From contig CAZRLY010000001.1 of the NCBI GenBank assembly GCA_964601015.1, positions 1 through 62,809 on the forward strand: a DNA stretch of 62,809 nucleotides, given 5' to 3'. Positions 45,077 to 55,253 of this stretch are shown here, in pieces (the first letter of the stretch is position 1; each line of letters starts with the position of its first letter). The notes below the pieces were generated by a model. It made no database searches. It worked only from the letters and a program-made list of their open reading frames with translations, and was not told where the DNA came from. This DNA comes from an uncultured bacterium. GTDB lineage: Bacteria > Poribacteria > WGA-4E > DTYX01 > CAZRLY01. A program made the translations under genes and the position numbers.

Positions 45077-45451
45077 TACTAAAAAAACAGCATTGAGTCG
45101 ACATTCTAAAGCAAAAGCGCTAAAGTGAAACTGAACTAAAATAGGCTTAAGATGCCCTACCAGTCTGCTTTTGCACCAAGGGGGGATGACTTATTACCCG
45201 ATGAATACTTATTCAGAGGTACATGGTGTAATCGTCTACTTAGTACATAAAGAACTCATATTTTACCTCCAAATCAATTGTCTTGTTTTTATACTGACCA
45301 ACAAAATATCCTGTGGAAAGGTACAGAAGGCTTAATTATAAGAGAAAAATATAATAATGTCAAGAGGATATTAGAGCAAATGCTTATTTTGTCTTGATAA
45401 ATAACGATAGAGATGTTATCATTTCACTAAATCCACTTTGAGGAGAAAGAT

Positions 45452-46510
45452 ATGAGAACAATCAAGTTAGGACTTATCGGTGCTGGTGGTATCTCGCAGG
45501 CTCATTGCCGGGCGATTGCTTCCATTGACGGCGCTGAGATTATTGCTGCGAGTGACTTAGTTCCAGCTCAACTGGATAGAGCAAGGGAACGCTGGGGCAT
45601 TGAAAAGACTTTTAGCGATTATAACGAGATGCTCAAGATGGACGAACTGGATGCGGTGCTTGTCTGTACGCCGACAGCAGTTCACGCTCCGCCAACAGTT
45701 GCAGCGCTCAGGGCAGGGAAACACGTGCTGTGTGAGAAGCCGATGGAAGCCACGCTTCCTGCCGCGACTGAGATGGTACGTGCTGCCCATGAAATGGATA
45801 AAATCCTGATGGTTGCGCTTAAACTGCGTTTCACCCCTCAAGTCATAAAAGCCAAGGAGGTAGTTGACGCAGGAACACTGGGTGATATTTACTATGCGGA
45901 GACAATTGCTGACCGACGCAGAGGTAATCCGGGAGGTAGCTTTATCCGCAAAGCAACTGCCGGCTTAGGCGCAGCCGCTGATATTGGTGTTTATGCGCTG
46001 GATACGGCGCTGTATTTGATGGGACATCCCAAACCTGTGGCGGTTTCTGGGATAACATCCAATTATCTCAGTCTGCATAACACATGGAACCCTGCTCTCA
46101 GAGAGACAGAGGTTGAGGATTTCGCTATTGGATGGGTACTCTTTGATAATGGCGCACGTATGGTTTTCAAAACCTGTTGGTGCATGAATATGGATTCGCT
46201 TGGGGGTACGATTTTCCTCGGCACAAAAGCTGGACTCCGCATTGGTGTCGGTGAAGTCCGCGGACCGCAAGGTGGGGTAACCGTTTATGGCGATGAAGAT
46301 GGTGAGATTAAGGATGAAACCTTCACGGATTTTGAATCGGTTGACGTGTTCCGCGCTGAAGACGCGGCGTTCGTAGATGCTGTGCGCGAAGGGAAGCCCT
46401 CACCGATTGACCCGGATGGCATATTGCTGACAAACGTAATCATTCAGGGCGTCATTGATTCATCGGAAGCCGGTGGCCGTGAGGTTGAAGTCACAGTGCC
46501 GACTTTTTAG
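45452..46510 (+). CDS. Gfo/Idh/MocA-family oxidoreductase
   Basis: 'KLGLIGAGGISQAH' Rossmann and 'CEKPMEA' motif. Confidence 0.85.
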   Translation: MRTIKLGLIGAGGISQAHCRAIASIDGAEIIAASDLVPAQLDRARERWGIEKTFSDYNEMLKMDELDAVLVCTPTAVHAPPTVAALRAGKHVLCEKPMEATLPAATEMVRAAHEMDKILMVALKLRFTPQVIKAKEVVDAGTLGDIYYAETIADRRRGNPGGSFIRKATAGLGAAADIGVYALDTALYLMGHPKPVAVSGITSNYLSLHNTWNPALRETEVEDFAIGWVLFDNGARMVFKTCWCMNMDSLGGTIFLGTKAGLRIGVGEVRGPQGGVTVYGDEDGEIKDETFTDFESVDVFRAEDAAFVDAVREGKPSPIDPDGILLTNVIIQGVIDSSEAGGREVEVTVPTF

Positions 46511-46596
46511 GTGATTTTTGTGCTTATAAACTATTTTTATAGGTGCGGAAATTAGAATTTACTTACGATAAGGGCAAAATAAAAGGCAGGAGAAAA

Positions 46597-47388
46597 ATGG
46601 CAAAAATAGGTGTAATTCACTATAATTTTCCAGGTTTTTTGTTTACTGACTTTCTGAAGTACGCCAGCGAGACAGGCTACGGCTATGTGGAACTTCAGAT
46701 TGGAGATGTTTGGGGAGAGAACTCTGAGAGCAAAGCTGAAGAGGTAAGAAAAGAAGTTGAGTCCTTAGGGCTTAAAGTTTCCGCTCTGGCGGCTGGCAAC
46801 GACTTTGTGCAGCTTGAGGAGGAGGCTATCAAGTTTCAGGTTGACCGTATGAAGCAAATTTGCGGTTTGGCGAAGATTCTCGGCACAAATGTTATTCGTA
46901 CAGAAGGCGGCGGACCGAAAGCCTCTGTACCAGAAGAGAGATGGGTAGAAGCTATGGCGGGATGTTTGACGCGCTGTTTGGACTTTACCGAAGAGATGGA
47001 CATCTACTTTGCCGTTGACAACCACGGAGTTGTTACCAATGACGGCGATTTGCAGGTGGAACTGTTTGAAACAGTAGGTTCAAAACACGTCGGCGCGAAT
47101 CTGGATACCATGAACTATCGTTGGTTTGGAAATGATTTGAAAGCGATAGATAGATTCTACGAAATCATCGCGCCGTATACTTTTCACAGCCACATGAAAG
47201 ATGGCACAGGTAGCCGGTCAAACTATCGCGGCGAAGCACTTGGCGAAGGCGAAATTAATTTGGCTTATGCCATCAGTTGCTTGAAAAAGGCAGGATACGA
47301 CGGAGTCTGGTGTTCCGAATATGAAGGACGAGAAGGCTCCGCTATCGGTTATCGGAAGTGTTATGAGTATCTCAAGGCGAATGTCTAA
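46597..47388 (+). CDS. Sugar phosphate isomerase/epimerase (xylose isomerase-like TIM barrel)
   Basis: Family-typical 'GYGYVELQ', 'NHG' and 'HMKD' segments. Start trimmed to MAKIGVI after AGGAG. Confidence 0.8.
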   Translation: MAKIGVIHYNFPGFLFTDFLKYASETGYGYVELQIGDVWGENSESKAEEVRKEVESLGLKVSALAAGNDFVQLEEEAIKFQVDRMKQICGLAKILGTNVIRTEGGGPKASVPEERWVEAMAGCLTRCLDFTEEMDIYFAVDNHGVVTNDGDLQVELFETVGSKHVGANLDTMNYRWFGNDLKAIDRFYEIIAPYTFHSHMKDGTGSRSNYRGEALGEGEINLAYAISCLKKAGYDGVWCSEYEGREGSAIGYRKCYEYLKANV

Positions 47389-47392
47389 GAGT

Positions 47393-47454
47393 GTGTGTGA
47401 AAAGTCCAAATTATAAATTAGCAAAAATATCTATAATTTGGACTTCTCACACAC
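47393..47454. terminator. Long hairpin after the TIM-barrel gene
   Basis: GTGTGTGAAAAGTCCAAATTATA (47393-47415) pairs with TATAATTTGGACTTCTCACACAC (47432-47454). 23 bp with one mismatch and a 16-nt loop. No clear U-run. Confidence 0.45.
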
Positions 47455-47590
47455 GTTCTCACACCTGAAATACCACTTATTCCATTCCTCCTTTTCCCCC
47501 CAAATGCAGACTGCATCTGGATTATAAAATAATATGTGATAATACATAAATATAACAGCAATTTTGCAAAACCCCAGGAGGTTTTTTCCA

Positions 47591-50500
47591 ATGAAACATC
47601 AAGGTTTAAGGTTCAAAAGGAATTTGGAATGGAGCAGACGTGAAATCCCGCTTCGCTCTTGCGGGCAAACAGATGGGGTTGCACCTATTATCCATATCAG
47701 CCTTGTTTGTCTTGTTACTCTTGCTATCATTTGCAGTACGGCGAATGCTGAAGGGTGGCGGACTTATCGACATGACAATGCCCGGAGCGGCGTTACAACT
47801 GAGAAGGTGGCTACTCCGCTCTCGTTGCACTGGACATTCAAACCGACTCACGCTCCAAAACCTGCCTGGCCGAAGCCAGCGGAAGAGTTGCCAAGGACGC
47901 ACTTCGACAGTGCTTATCACTTGACTGTGGCGAACGAAACGGTTTATTTCGGTTCCTCAGTGGATAACAAGGTTTACGCGCTTGGAGCGAAAAAAGGCAA
48001 AATACGCTGGACATTCTTCACGGAAGGGCCCATTCGATTTGCCCCAACACTCTGGAAGAAAAAGGTTTACGTCGGCTCAGATGACGGCTATGTATATTGT
48101 TTACAAGCTAAAGATGGCAAGTTAGTCTGGAAGTACAGAGCCGGGCCCAGCGATGAAAAGGTAATAGGAAATGGAAGGATGATATCCCTGTGGCCGGTCA
48201 GGACGAGCGTTTTAGTTGATGAGGGGGTTGTCTATTTCGGCGCGGGCGTTTTCCCTTACGAAGGCATTTACATCTGCGCACTCAACGCCGCCGACGGCTC
48301 AGTCGTATGGAAAAACGACACAATCGGTGACCGCGCACATGAACTGAGCTACTGCGGCATATCACCCCAAAGCTATTTAGTTGCTTCCGAAAACGTCCTC
48401 TATGTGCCTTCTGGTAGGGCTATGCCAGCAGCCTTTGACCGGAAAACAGGGCAATTCCTCTACTACTGTTCGGCTGGAAGTAAGGTAGGCGGGACATGGG
48501 CGTTGGTGGATAAGGACGAACTTATCGCAGGCGTGGATAAATCCGGCTCTCCCGTCAAAATAGCATACGAAGAGAAGACGGGGAAGAGAAAGGGCGATGT
48601 ATACGCGTGGTTCCCAGGACTTGATTTGGTCGTAACGCCTGGTGTTGCCTATGCTCTCACCGAAAATGGAATCCACGCTATAGCCCGAGCAGCATATCCG
48701 CACATCAGCGAAAAACTGAATGCCATAAGCGCGGATAAGCAGAAGCTAACAGGGATGCTGTCGGACTTGAGGAGGAAACTCGCTGAAGTTGATGAGAAAA
48801 TGCGCGAGGAGGTTAATAAACAGTTGAACGAAACGGCGCAGAGGATAAACGAACTGGCTGAAGAGGAGGAAGAAAGTTTAAAAGCCGCTACCTGTAAGTG
48901 GCAGTATCTCCAGGGAAACCTCTGCTCTTTAATCCTTGTAGGCGACATGGTGTTTGCTGGAGGGGAAAACACAGTCATAGCAGTGAATGCTCAGACGGGC
49001 AGGAATGTCTGGAGCAGTGAGGTAGATGGTAAAGCTTATGGACTTGCCGCCGCAAACGGAAGTTTATTTGTCAGCACGGATAAAGGTTACATCCACTGCT
49101 TCAAGAAGGGGGAAGTATCCGGACCAAAAGTGATTAGTCCTCATATTGACTATTCGCCATATCCGGAGGACAAACTAACACCCGTCTATGAATCTGCGGC
49201 GGAAACAATCGCAAAGGAAACGAAAATTACGAAGGGTTACTGTTTGGTGTTGGACTGCGGCGTTGGTCGACTTGCGTTTGAGCTTGCCAAATTGACCCAG
49301 TTGAAAATCGTCGGAATAGAGGAGGATGAGAAAAAGGTCAAGACGGCGAAGGAGAGGTTAGACGCGGCAGGATTATATGGTTCCAGAGTGGTGGTTGAGC
49401 AGTGGGGACTGTCGAGTCTCCCTGACTACTTCGCCAACCTCATCATGTCCAATGGGACGATGGTACCCCGTGATGCAAAGCTTTGGTCAGAAGAAATGTT
49501 CCGCCTTCTGCGTCCCTGCGGGGGCGTTGCTTACATTCCGTATACATCAAGCTGGATACCGACGCATGCCGAATACCGGACACAAGCATCAAGTATCAAA
49601 TACCTATCACTGGTCAAACGCGGAAAACTGGAGGGGGCGGGAAGTTGGACGCACCTCTACGCGAATCCCCAAAATACAGCGTGTTCCGATGACCGATTGG
49701 TCAAATACCCGCTTGGAGTTCTTTGGTTTGGAGAACCAGGCCCCGCGGGGATAGTCGAGCGACATGCAAGGATGCCCAGTTCGGTTTCAATTGACGGGCG
49801 TTTGTTCATCCCTGGAGAGGACGCTATCATGGCTTACGACGCTTATAACGGCACGTTCCTCTGGAAGAAGGAGATACCAGGCTCTGTGCGAGCGCGAGCG
49901 GATGTGGATGGGGGGAACATCGTAGCCACTGATGATGGACTTTACGTCGCTGCCAGAGACAAGTGCTACCGTTTGAATCCCGCTACCGGCGATACGGTGC
50001 GTATGTACGAGATGCCAGAAATGATTGTTGGGCGGGAAAGTCGGGTGTCGCCCTTTCACTTCGTGAAACCCCGACTTTCCCACCCACCGAGTGTAACGAG
50101 GAAAAGGGCGACAGCGGACGAGTACGCAGGTAGCTCACACCGCTGGGGGTATGTGGCTTGTGAGGGGCAAATCCTCTTCGGCTCAACGACAATGCCCTTG
50201 CTGATGGAATATGCTGATTCCTGGGAACTGCTCGTGGATAATGGGAGTTGGATAAATACAGATGATATTCCGCTCAAGTGGACTGTCTATGAGAAGTACA
50301 TAAAAAGCTATATGTCGAAATATCCGACGCCGGATGAGAATGCGAAGGCAGCTTTCCATAGAGGGGGATTGTTATGGGGAGCGATGACGGTTTTCCCATC
50401 GTGGGGAGGTGAGATAAGCCCAAAAGGTGCTTTGACCGATTTCATGATGGCAAGCGACTCGATGTTCGCAGTAGACACAGAGACGGGTGAGATGTTGTGG

Positions 50501-52834
50501 GTATATCCCGGAAATAGAATCGCCCATATAACAACCACCATCGGAGGCGGAAGAATATTCTTCGCCGAAAGCTCGGTTACAGAGGCGCAGAAGGAAAAGG
50601 CGTTCAAAGATAAGCAGGATTTAGTTGAGAGAGGAATATACGAGGTGAGCGATGAGGCAAGTTTGAAACCCGATGATGCTGACGTAAGGCTTGTCGTCGC
50701 TCTTGATGCAACTACAGGAAAGGTACTCTGGGAGAAACCCCTTGATTTGACAGGTTGCGGCGGTGATAAGATGGGAACAGCGTATCATGATGATGGCATC
50801 CTGCTGTTTTTCGGGCATTTCAGCAACCACGATAGAGGGGCGTTTGACAGCGGCTCTCTGAGGTGGCGACGTATCACGGCTCTATCCGCTCAAACCGGCG
50901 AAGTCCTTTGGTCGCGTCCTCTCAACTATCTCCGTCGCCCGTTAATCGTAGGCGACACCATCACCATAGAACCGCGTGCTTGTGGCGTTCGCACGGGCGA
51001 GATTAAAATGCGCTCCCATCCCATTACAGGCAAGCGAGTCCCGTGGGAGTTCCTGCGCCCGGGACATAGCTGTGGTGTTACTTCAGCAACGCCGTATACC
51101 CTATTCTATCGCTCACGCAGCATCGCAATTGTTGACCTTTTGGAGGACAGAGGATTGTCCATCTTCGGTGCCATCCGTCCGGGCTGCTGGCTTGAGCTAA
51201 TAGCGGCTAACGGACTGTTGCTCTTCCCAGAGGCAAGTTCCGGCTGTACGTGTTCGTTCCCGCTCAGGTGTTCGGTAGCCATGGCATACAAAAAAACGAG
51301 GGATACCAAAAGGTGGACGGCATTTATTACACACGGCGCTATGACTCCCGCTAAATCCCTTGCCATCAACCTCGGCGCTCCCGGCGACATGAAGGACGAC
51401 AGCGGAACGCTCTGGTTCGGCTATCCGCCTCCCAAAACCTCGTATGGTGTGAAGTTCACGCTCAACGAAAAAGTCATAGAGGGTATGGGGTATTTCTGCC
51501 GCGATTTCAGGGGTGAGAGTATTGAAGGGACGGACAAGCCGTGGCTCTTCACATCCGGGTATTTGGGGCTTCTACAATGCGAAGTGCCGTTGATAGATGA
51601 CGTTTGGGAGGAGGCTGGCGTCTACACCGTGCGCCTCGGTTTTGCCGCACCATCAGGCGACCAAATGGGGCAACGTGTCTTCAATGTCAAACTCCAGGGC
51701 GATGTCCTGCTGGAGGACTTCGACATCATCAAAGCGGCGGGTTCGCCGAACAAAGCCCTCATCAAAGAGTTCAACGGAATCAAGGTGGAAAATAACCTTG
51801 CGGTCAAACTCGTCCCGAATATAGCACATCCCACGGTTATACAGGCACCGATGCTCAACTTCATTGAAGTTGTCAGGGAGGATGTCGGAAAGATAACAAC
51901 TGTCAAACCGCTGAAGGAAAGCGAAGCGGATACACTGTCGCCCTTTTCCACCCTTAGATTGTTGAAGGAAGCGAAATCGGAACTCGACAAGCATAATCAA
52001 GAGAAGTCCCTGGAAACATACCACCGCATACTTGACGCCGCCCCCTCCGTTGAGTTCAAACTACAGGCGCTAAAAGGGATGGCTGACATCGGAAGTCTGA
52101 AATCTTTGAGCAGGATAAGAAGATACTACAAGGACGCCTCGCCCGTCCTCTGGAATTACAAAGTACCCTCCCCAGAGCTCAAAGACAGCGCCAGTAAGGT
52201 TTATGCCGCTATCGCCAACAACATGACGGAGGTAGATGAACAGAGGGCTATCAAGATGCTAAACCACGCTTTGGCGATGGTAAGTGGCCTGGATACCCAT
52301 CAGCAGTTGGTCGCCAGCCTCGAAAATCTAAGGGTTGAAGTCGGCGCTGACGCAACGAAGGCTGGTTTCATCACCCGCTGGCATCTCATCGGGCCGTTCC
52401 CCTGGGGTAGCAAGGAAAACACGCTGGACGAGGTATTCGTCAACGAGCCAAACGTGGACATACATCTGGTCAATGACGAGGCTCTGAAATGGTCAAAATA
52501 TGTGGGTGAGCAGGGAATGTGCAACCTTGGGAAACTCTTTGACCCAAATACTTATGTCTCGGTATACGCTTACGCCGAAGTCATTCTCCCTGAAGAAGGT
52601 GAGTTGTTGCTGAAAATCGGCAGCGATGACGGGTTCAAGTGTTGGTTCAACGGCGAGGAGGTAGGAAGGTTCGACGACAACAGAGTCTGGAAAGCCGATG
52701 AGGATATACTAAAGGTCAAAACGAAAAAAGGCACAAATACAATCCTGTTGAAAATCTCCCAAGCCGGCAACGAGTGGGCTTTCAGCGCAAAGCTGACGGA
52801 TGTGATTAAAGCAGGTGAGCAGGTGGGCAGGTGA
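47591..52834 (+). CDS. Giant exported multidomain protein: PQQ-like beta-propellers, embedded class I SAM-methyltransferase domain, malectin-like domain, helical repeats, C-terminal beta-sandwich
   Basis: Signal anchor 'IIHISLVCLVTLAIICSTANA'. Repeated 'VY.GS.DG.VYA' propeller blades. MTase motif I 'YCLVLDCGVGRLAFELA'. 'RVFNVKLQGDVLLEDFDIIKAAG' is malectin-like. 'IGSDDGFKCWFNGEEVG' is jelly-roll-like. ATG 9 nt after AGGAGG. Confidence 0.75.
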   Translation: MKHQGLRFKRNLEWSRREIPLRSCGQTDGVAPIIHISLVCLVTLAIICSTANAEGWRTYRHDNARSGVTTEKVATPLSLHWTFKPTHAPKPAWPKPAEELPRTHFDSAYHLTVANETVYFGSSVDNKVYALGAKKGKIRWTFFTEGPIRFAPTLWKKKVYVGSDDGYVYCLQAKDGKLVWKYRAGPSDEKVIGNGRMISLWPVRTSVLVDEGVVYFGAGVFPYEGIYICALNAADGSVVWKNDTIGDRAHELSYCGISPQSYLVASENVLYVPSGRAMPAAFDRKTGQFLYYCSAGSKVGGTWALVDKDELIAGVDKSGSPVKIAYEEKTGKRKGDVYAWFPGLDLVVTPGVAYALTENGIHAIARAAYPHISEKLNAISADKQKLTGMLSDLRRKLAEVDEKMREEVNKQLNETAQRINELAEEEEESLKAATCKWQYLQGNLCSLILVGDMVFAGGENTVIAVNAQTGRNVWSSEVDGKAYGLAAANGSLFVSTDKGYIHCFKKGEVSGPKVISPHIDYSPYPEDKLTPVYESAAETIAKETKITKGYCLVLDCGVGRLAFELAKLTQLKIVGIEEDEKKVKTAKERLDAAGLYGSRVVVEQWGLSSLPDYFANLIMSNGTMVPRDAKLWSEEMFRLLRPCGGVAYIPYTSSWIPTHAEYRTQASSIKYLSLVKRGKLEGAGSWTHLYANPQNTACSDDRLVKYPLGVLWFGEPGPAGIVERHARMPSSVSIDGRLFIPGEDAIMAYDAYNGTFLWKKEIPGSVRARADVDGGNIVATDDGLYVAARDKCYRLNPATGDTVRMYEMPEMIVGRESRVSPFHFVKPRLSHPPSVTRKRATADEYAGSSHRWGYVACEGQILFGSTTMPLLMEYADSWELLVDNGSWINTDDIPLKWTVYEKYIKSYMSKYPTPDENAKAAFHRGGLLWGAMTVFPSWGGEISPKGALTDFMMASDSMFAVDTETGEMLWVYPGNRIAHITTTIGGGRIFFAESSVTEAQKEKAFKDKQDLVERGIYEVSDEASLKPDDADVRLVVALDATTGKVLWEKPLDLTGCGGDKMGTAYHDDGILLFFGHFSNHDRGAFDSGSLRWRRITALSAQTGEVLWSRPLNYLRRPLIVGDTITIEPRACGVRTGEIKMRSHPITGKRVPWEFLRPGHSCGVTSATPYTLFYRSRSIAIVDLLEDRGLSIFGAIRPGCWLELIAANGLLLFPEASSGCTCSFPLRCSVAMAYKKTRDTKRWTAFITHGAMTPAKSLAINLGAPGDMKDDSGTLWFGYPPPKTSYGVKFTLNEKVIEGMGYFCRDFRGESIEGTDKPWLFTSGYLGLLQCEVPLIDDVWEEAGVYTVRLGFAAPSGDQMGQRVFNVKLQGDVLLEDFDIIKAAGSPNKALIKEFNGIKVENNLAVKLVPNIAHPTVIQAPMLNFIEVVREDVGKITTVKPLKESEADTLSPFSTLRLLKEAKSELDKHNQEKSLETYHRILDAAPSVEFKLQALKGMADIGSLKSLSRIRRYYKDASPVLWNYKVPSPELKDSASKVYAAIANNMTEVDEQRAIKMLNHALAMVSGLDTHQQLVASLENLRVEVGADATKAGFITRWHLIGPFPWGSKENTLDEVFVNEPNVDIHLVNDEALKWSKYVGEQGMCNLGKLFDPNTYVSVYAYAEVILPEEGELLLKIGSDDGFKCWFNGEEVGRFDDNRVWKADEDILKVKTKKGTNTILLKISQAGNEWAFSAKLTDVIKAGEQVGR

Positions 52835-52846
52835 GCGGGTGAGCGA
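52802..52846. repeat. Octamer-type short tandem repeat tract, copy 3 (GGTGAGCA GGTGGGCA GGTGAGCG GGTGAGCG)
   Basis: Read directly. It supplies the last codons (AGEQVGR) and the stop (52832-52834) of the giant ORF. Confidence 0.8.
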
Positions 52847-52896
52847 GAAAAACTTCGCTTCCCTGTCTTTTGTCAAACTTTTGAAAGGAACATCCC

Positions 52897-54069
52897 GTGG
52901 ATTCTTTTTATTACCTGAGAGAAATAGGCGATGTCTACATACCCGCTCTTTTTTTGAACGTAGCGGCAGATGGCATAACGCTGAAACTGTTCAAGCAGAG
53001 GGAACTGAATCAATTCAGCCGAATTTTTGAATGTATTCGTCGGGGGAATATTGCGGTTTTGTCGGGAGTGTGGGACGACATTCTAAAGTTGCACAACTAC
53101 ACAGAGAGAAAAAAGGAAGAATTGATTGAACCCCGTCGTCGGCGAGAAAAGCGGATTGACAGGGAAAAACGACAGCCTGCAAAAGATATTCAGCTTGGGT
53201 TGTCCAGATTGATGTGCATTGCTCACAACGATGGTTCTCTCGATGTTGAACCAAAGTCAGGGACTTCGGCTACCCCATTGGCGATACCGTATTTACTGGA
53301 ACTTGTCGGAGAGGTTGCGGGTGCAAACGAGGGGCTGCCATTTTTAGTTCCTGTAAAGACAATTCTGGCGTTGCAAGATACTTTGGAGCATCTTTACCCT
53401 GTTTCTGCGCTCTCCTATTCGTTAGTGGCTCCACCGAACGTTTTTCCGCCTAATTCTCAAGAAACAATTGAGCTTTTTCAAATTGGTCTGGAGTATGTCA
53501 AAACAAGATTGCCTGTGGAATTGGGTGTTCTGGATATGGGCTGTGGCTCTGGTTGTTTAGCTTTGTTAGCTTCGCAAGTGTTTGCGGATAAGCGTTTGAA
53601 ACTACTCGCGACCGATTATTTGCCGGAAGCGGTTGCGGCGACAAAAATAAATCTCCACCGGTGCGCTCAACAAGGGGGAGGAGTTCCTTGCGAACATACC
53701 ATTGATGTGACTGAAAGCGGCGACTTATTTGAGCCAATTGGTGACCAACGCTTCGATTTGATTATATTCAACGCTCCGTGGGTGGTATCGCCGGCAAGAA
53801 ACCGGGCAGAAATTGCATTCCACGATGAACGTCAACAAACCGTCAAAAGATTTCTTTTACAAACAGGAGAACATTTGAAAAATGCCGGATTCGTGTTGTT
53901 GGGGTATTCTAACAATTCAGGGGAAAAGGCGATTGAGAACTTAGAGCAGATTATCCGGGAGGCGAATCTGCAAATAGAAACTATTTTTAAAACGCGTATC
54001 CGCACGCGGCGAGCAAAACGCAAGTGGGAAACAATCTTCGTCTATGTGCTTATGTCCCCAGCCACCTAA
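52897..54069 (+). CDS. Class I SAM-dependent methyltransferase (HemK/MTS-like) with ~200-aa N-terminal extension
   Basis: Motif I 'VLDMGCGSGCLALLAS'. Motif IV-like 'IIFNAPWV' is an NPPY variant. GTG start. Confidence 0.65.
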   Translation: MDSFYYLREIGDVYIPALFLNVAADGITLKLFKQRELNQFSRIFECIRRGNIAVLSGVWDDILKLHNYTERKKEELIEPRRRREKRIDREKRQPAKDIQLGLSRLMCIAHNDGSLDVEPKSGTSATPLAIPYLLELVGEVAGANEGLPFLVPVKTILALQDTLEHLYPVSALSYSLVAPPNVFPPNSQETIELFQIGLEYVKTRLPVELGVLDMGCGSGCLALLASQVFADKRLKLLATDYLPEAVAATKINLHRCAQQGGGVPCEHTIDVTESGDLFEPIGDQRFDLIIFNAPWVVSPARNRAEIAFHDERQQTVKRFLLQTGEHLKNAGFVLLGYSNNSGEKAIENLEQIIREANLQIETIFKTRIRTRRAKRKWETIFVYVLMSPAT

Positions 54070-54151
54070 GGGAGAGGAAATCAAACCCAAAGGCTTTATC
54101 CGTGAATTATCAAACAATATGCGATAACACACTACGAAAACAGGTGATAAT

Positions 54152-55231
54152 ATGCTAAAAATAGGAATTGCAGGTTTGAGAAGAGGACAATCTTTGGCGA
54201 ACGTATTCATCAGCCGAGATGACTGCATCATCGTAGCTGTATGCGATATGAACGCTGAGAGGGCAAGGGCGTTTGGGCAGAATAACAACGCCGTTGTTTA
54301 CACAGATTATGATGTTTTTTGTCAGCATGAGATGGATGCTGTCGTTGTCGCCACCCCGCCACCTATTCATGCTGAATGTTCTATCAAAGCGATGAGAGCG
54401 GGAAAACACGTTTTGTGCGAAGTGCCTGCTGTTTGGACGCTCACTGAAGCGCAGGATGTCGCTCAAACTGTAGAACAAACGGGGATGAAATATATGTTCG
54501 CTGAAAATATGAACTATTTTCCAGTAGTTCGGGCAATGCACGAATTTGTCAAACAGGGCAAGTTGGGAAAGTTGATTTACGCTGAAGGCGAATACATTCA
54601 CGATTGTCGCGGGATAATGGTTCAGCGAGATGACGGCATAGGGGGCGGCGCAGGCGACATTCCAACCTGGCGTGCAAAGCTGCCGCCGATTCACTATTGT
54701 ACGCACGATTTGGGTCCAATTTTGATGATGATGGAAGACCGAATCGCCACCGCATCATGTCTCAGCACTGGAAGCAATATCGCACCGGAACTCGGCGTAA
54801 TCGACATACAGGTGGCTATCTTCAAGACAGCAAAGGGAGCGGTGGTGAAGATGTTATGCGGTTTCTCTGTTGAACGGCAACCAGCGTTTCATTTCATCTC
54901 ACTTTACGGGACATCCGGCTCAATCGAAACGGATAGATATAATGACATGAACAACATAAAGGCGTATTTCAAAACTGACCAGGATTTTAAGTTGCTTAAA
55001 AACATACCTGTTCAAGAAGCTCTGGACAAACTCCCCCCGGACGCTCGGTTAGGCGGGCATGGTGCCAGCGAATACTACATGATAGAAGATTTTGTCCGCA
55101 GTATACTTGACGACACTAAGCCTGCCATAGATGTTTATGATGGGTTGGATTATACGGTTCCTGGCATCTGCGCGCAGATGTCTGCTGAACGTTGTGGAGC
55201 GTTGGTCGAAGTGCCGAGTTTTCGCTCGTAG
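54152..55231 (+). CDS. Gfo/Idh/MocA-family oxidoreductase
   Basis: 'KIGIAGLRRGQS' Rossmann and 'CEVPAV' motif. Confidence 0.85.
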   Translation: MLKIGIAGLRRGQSLANVFISRDDCIIVAVCDMNAERARAFGQNNNAVVYTDYDVFCQHEMDAVVVATPPPIHAECSIKAMRAGKHVLCEVPAVWTLTEAQDVAQTVEQTGMKYMFAENMNYFPVVRAMHEFVKQGKLGKLIYAEGEYIHDCRGIMVQRDDGIGGGAGDIPTWRAKLPPIHYCTHDLGPILMMMEDRIATASCLSTGSNIAPELGVIDIQVAIFKTAKGAVVKMLCGFSVERQPAFHFISLYGTSGSIETDRYNDMNNIKAYFKTDQDFKLLKNIPVQEALDKLPPDARLGGHGASEYYMIEDFVRSILDDTKPAIDVYDGLDYTVPGICAQMSAERCGALVEVPSFRS

Positions 55232-55253
55232 TTTGATTTTAGAGGAAAGGAAG

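Larger units (their letters stand above)
42209..45238. mobile_element. ~3.0-kb inverted-repeat-bounded transposable element carrying a DDE transposase plus Toprim and wHTH cargo
   Basis: Left end TAGACGATTACAAAATGACCTCT (from 42209). The right end reads TAGACGATTACACCATGTACCTCT as reverse complement (to 45238). CTTAG flanks both ends (42204-42208 and 45239-45243). Confidence 0.6.
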
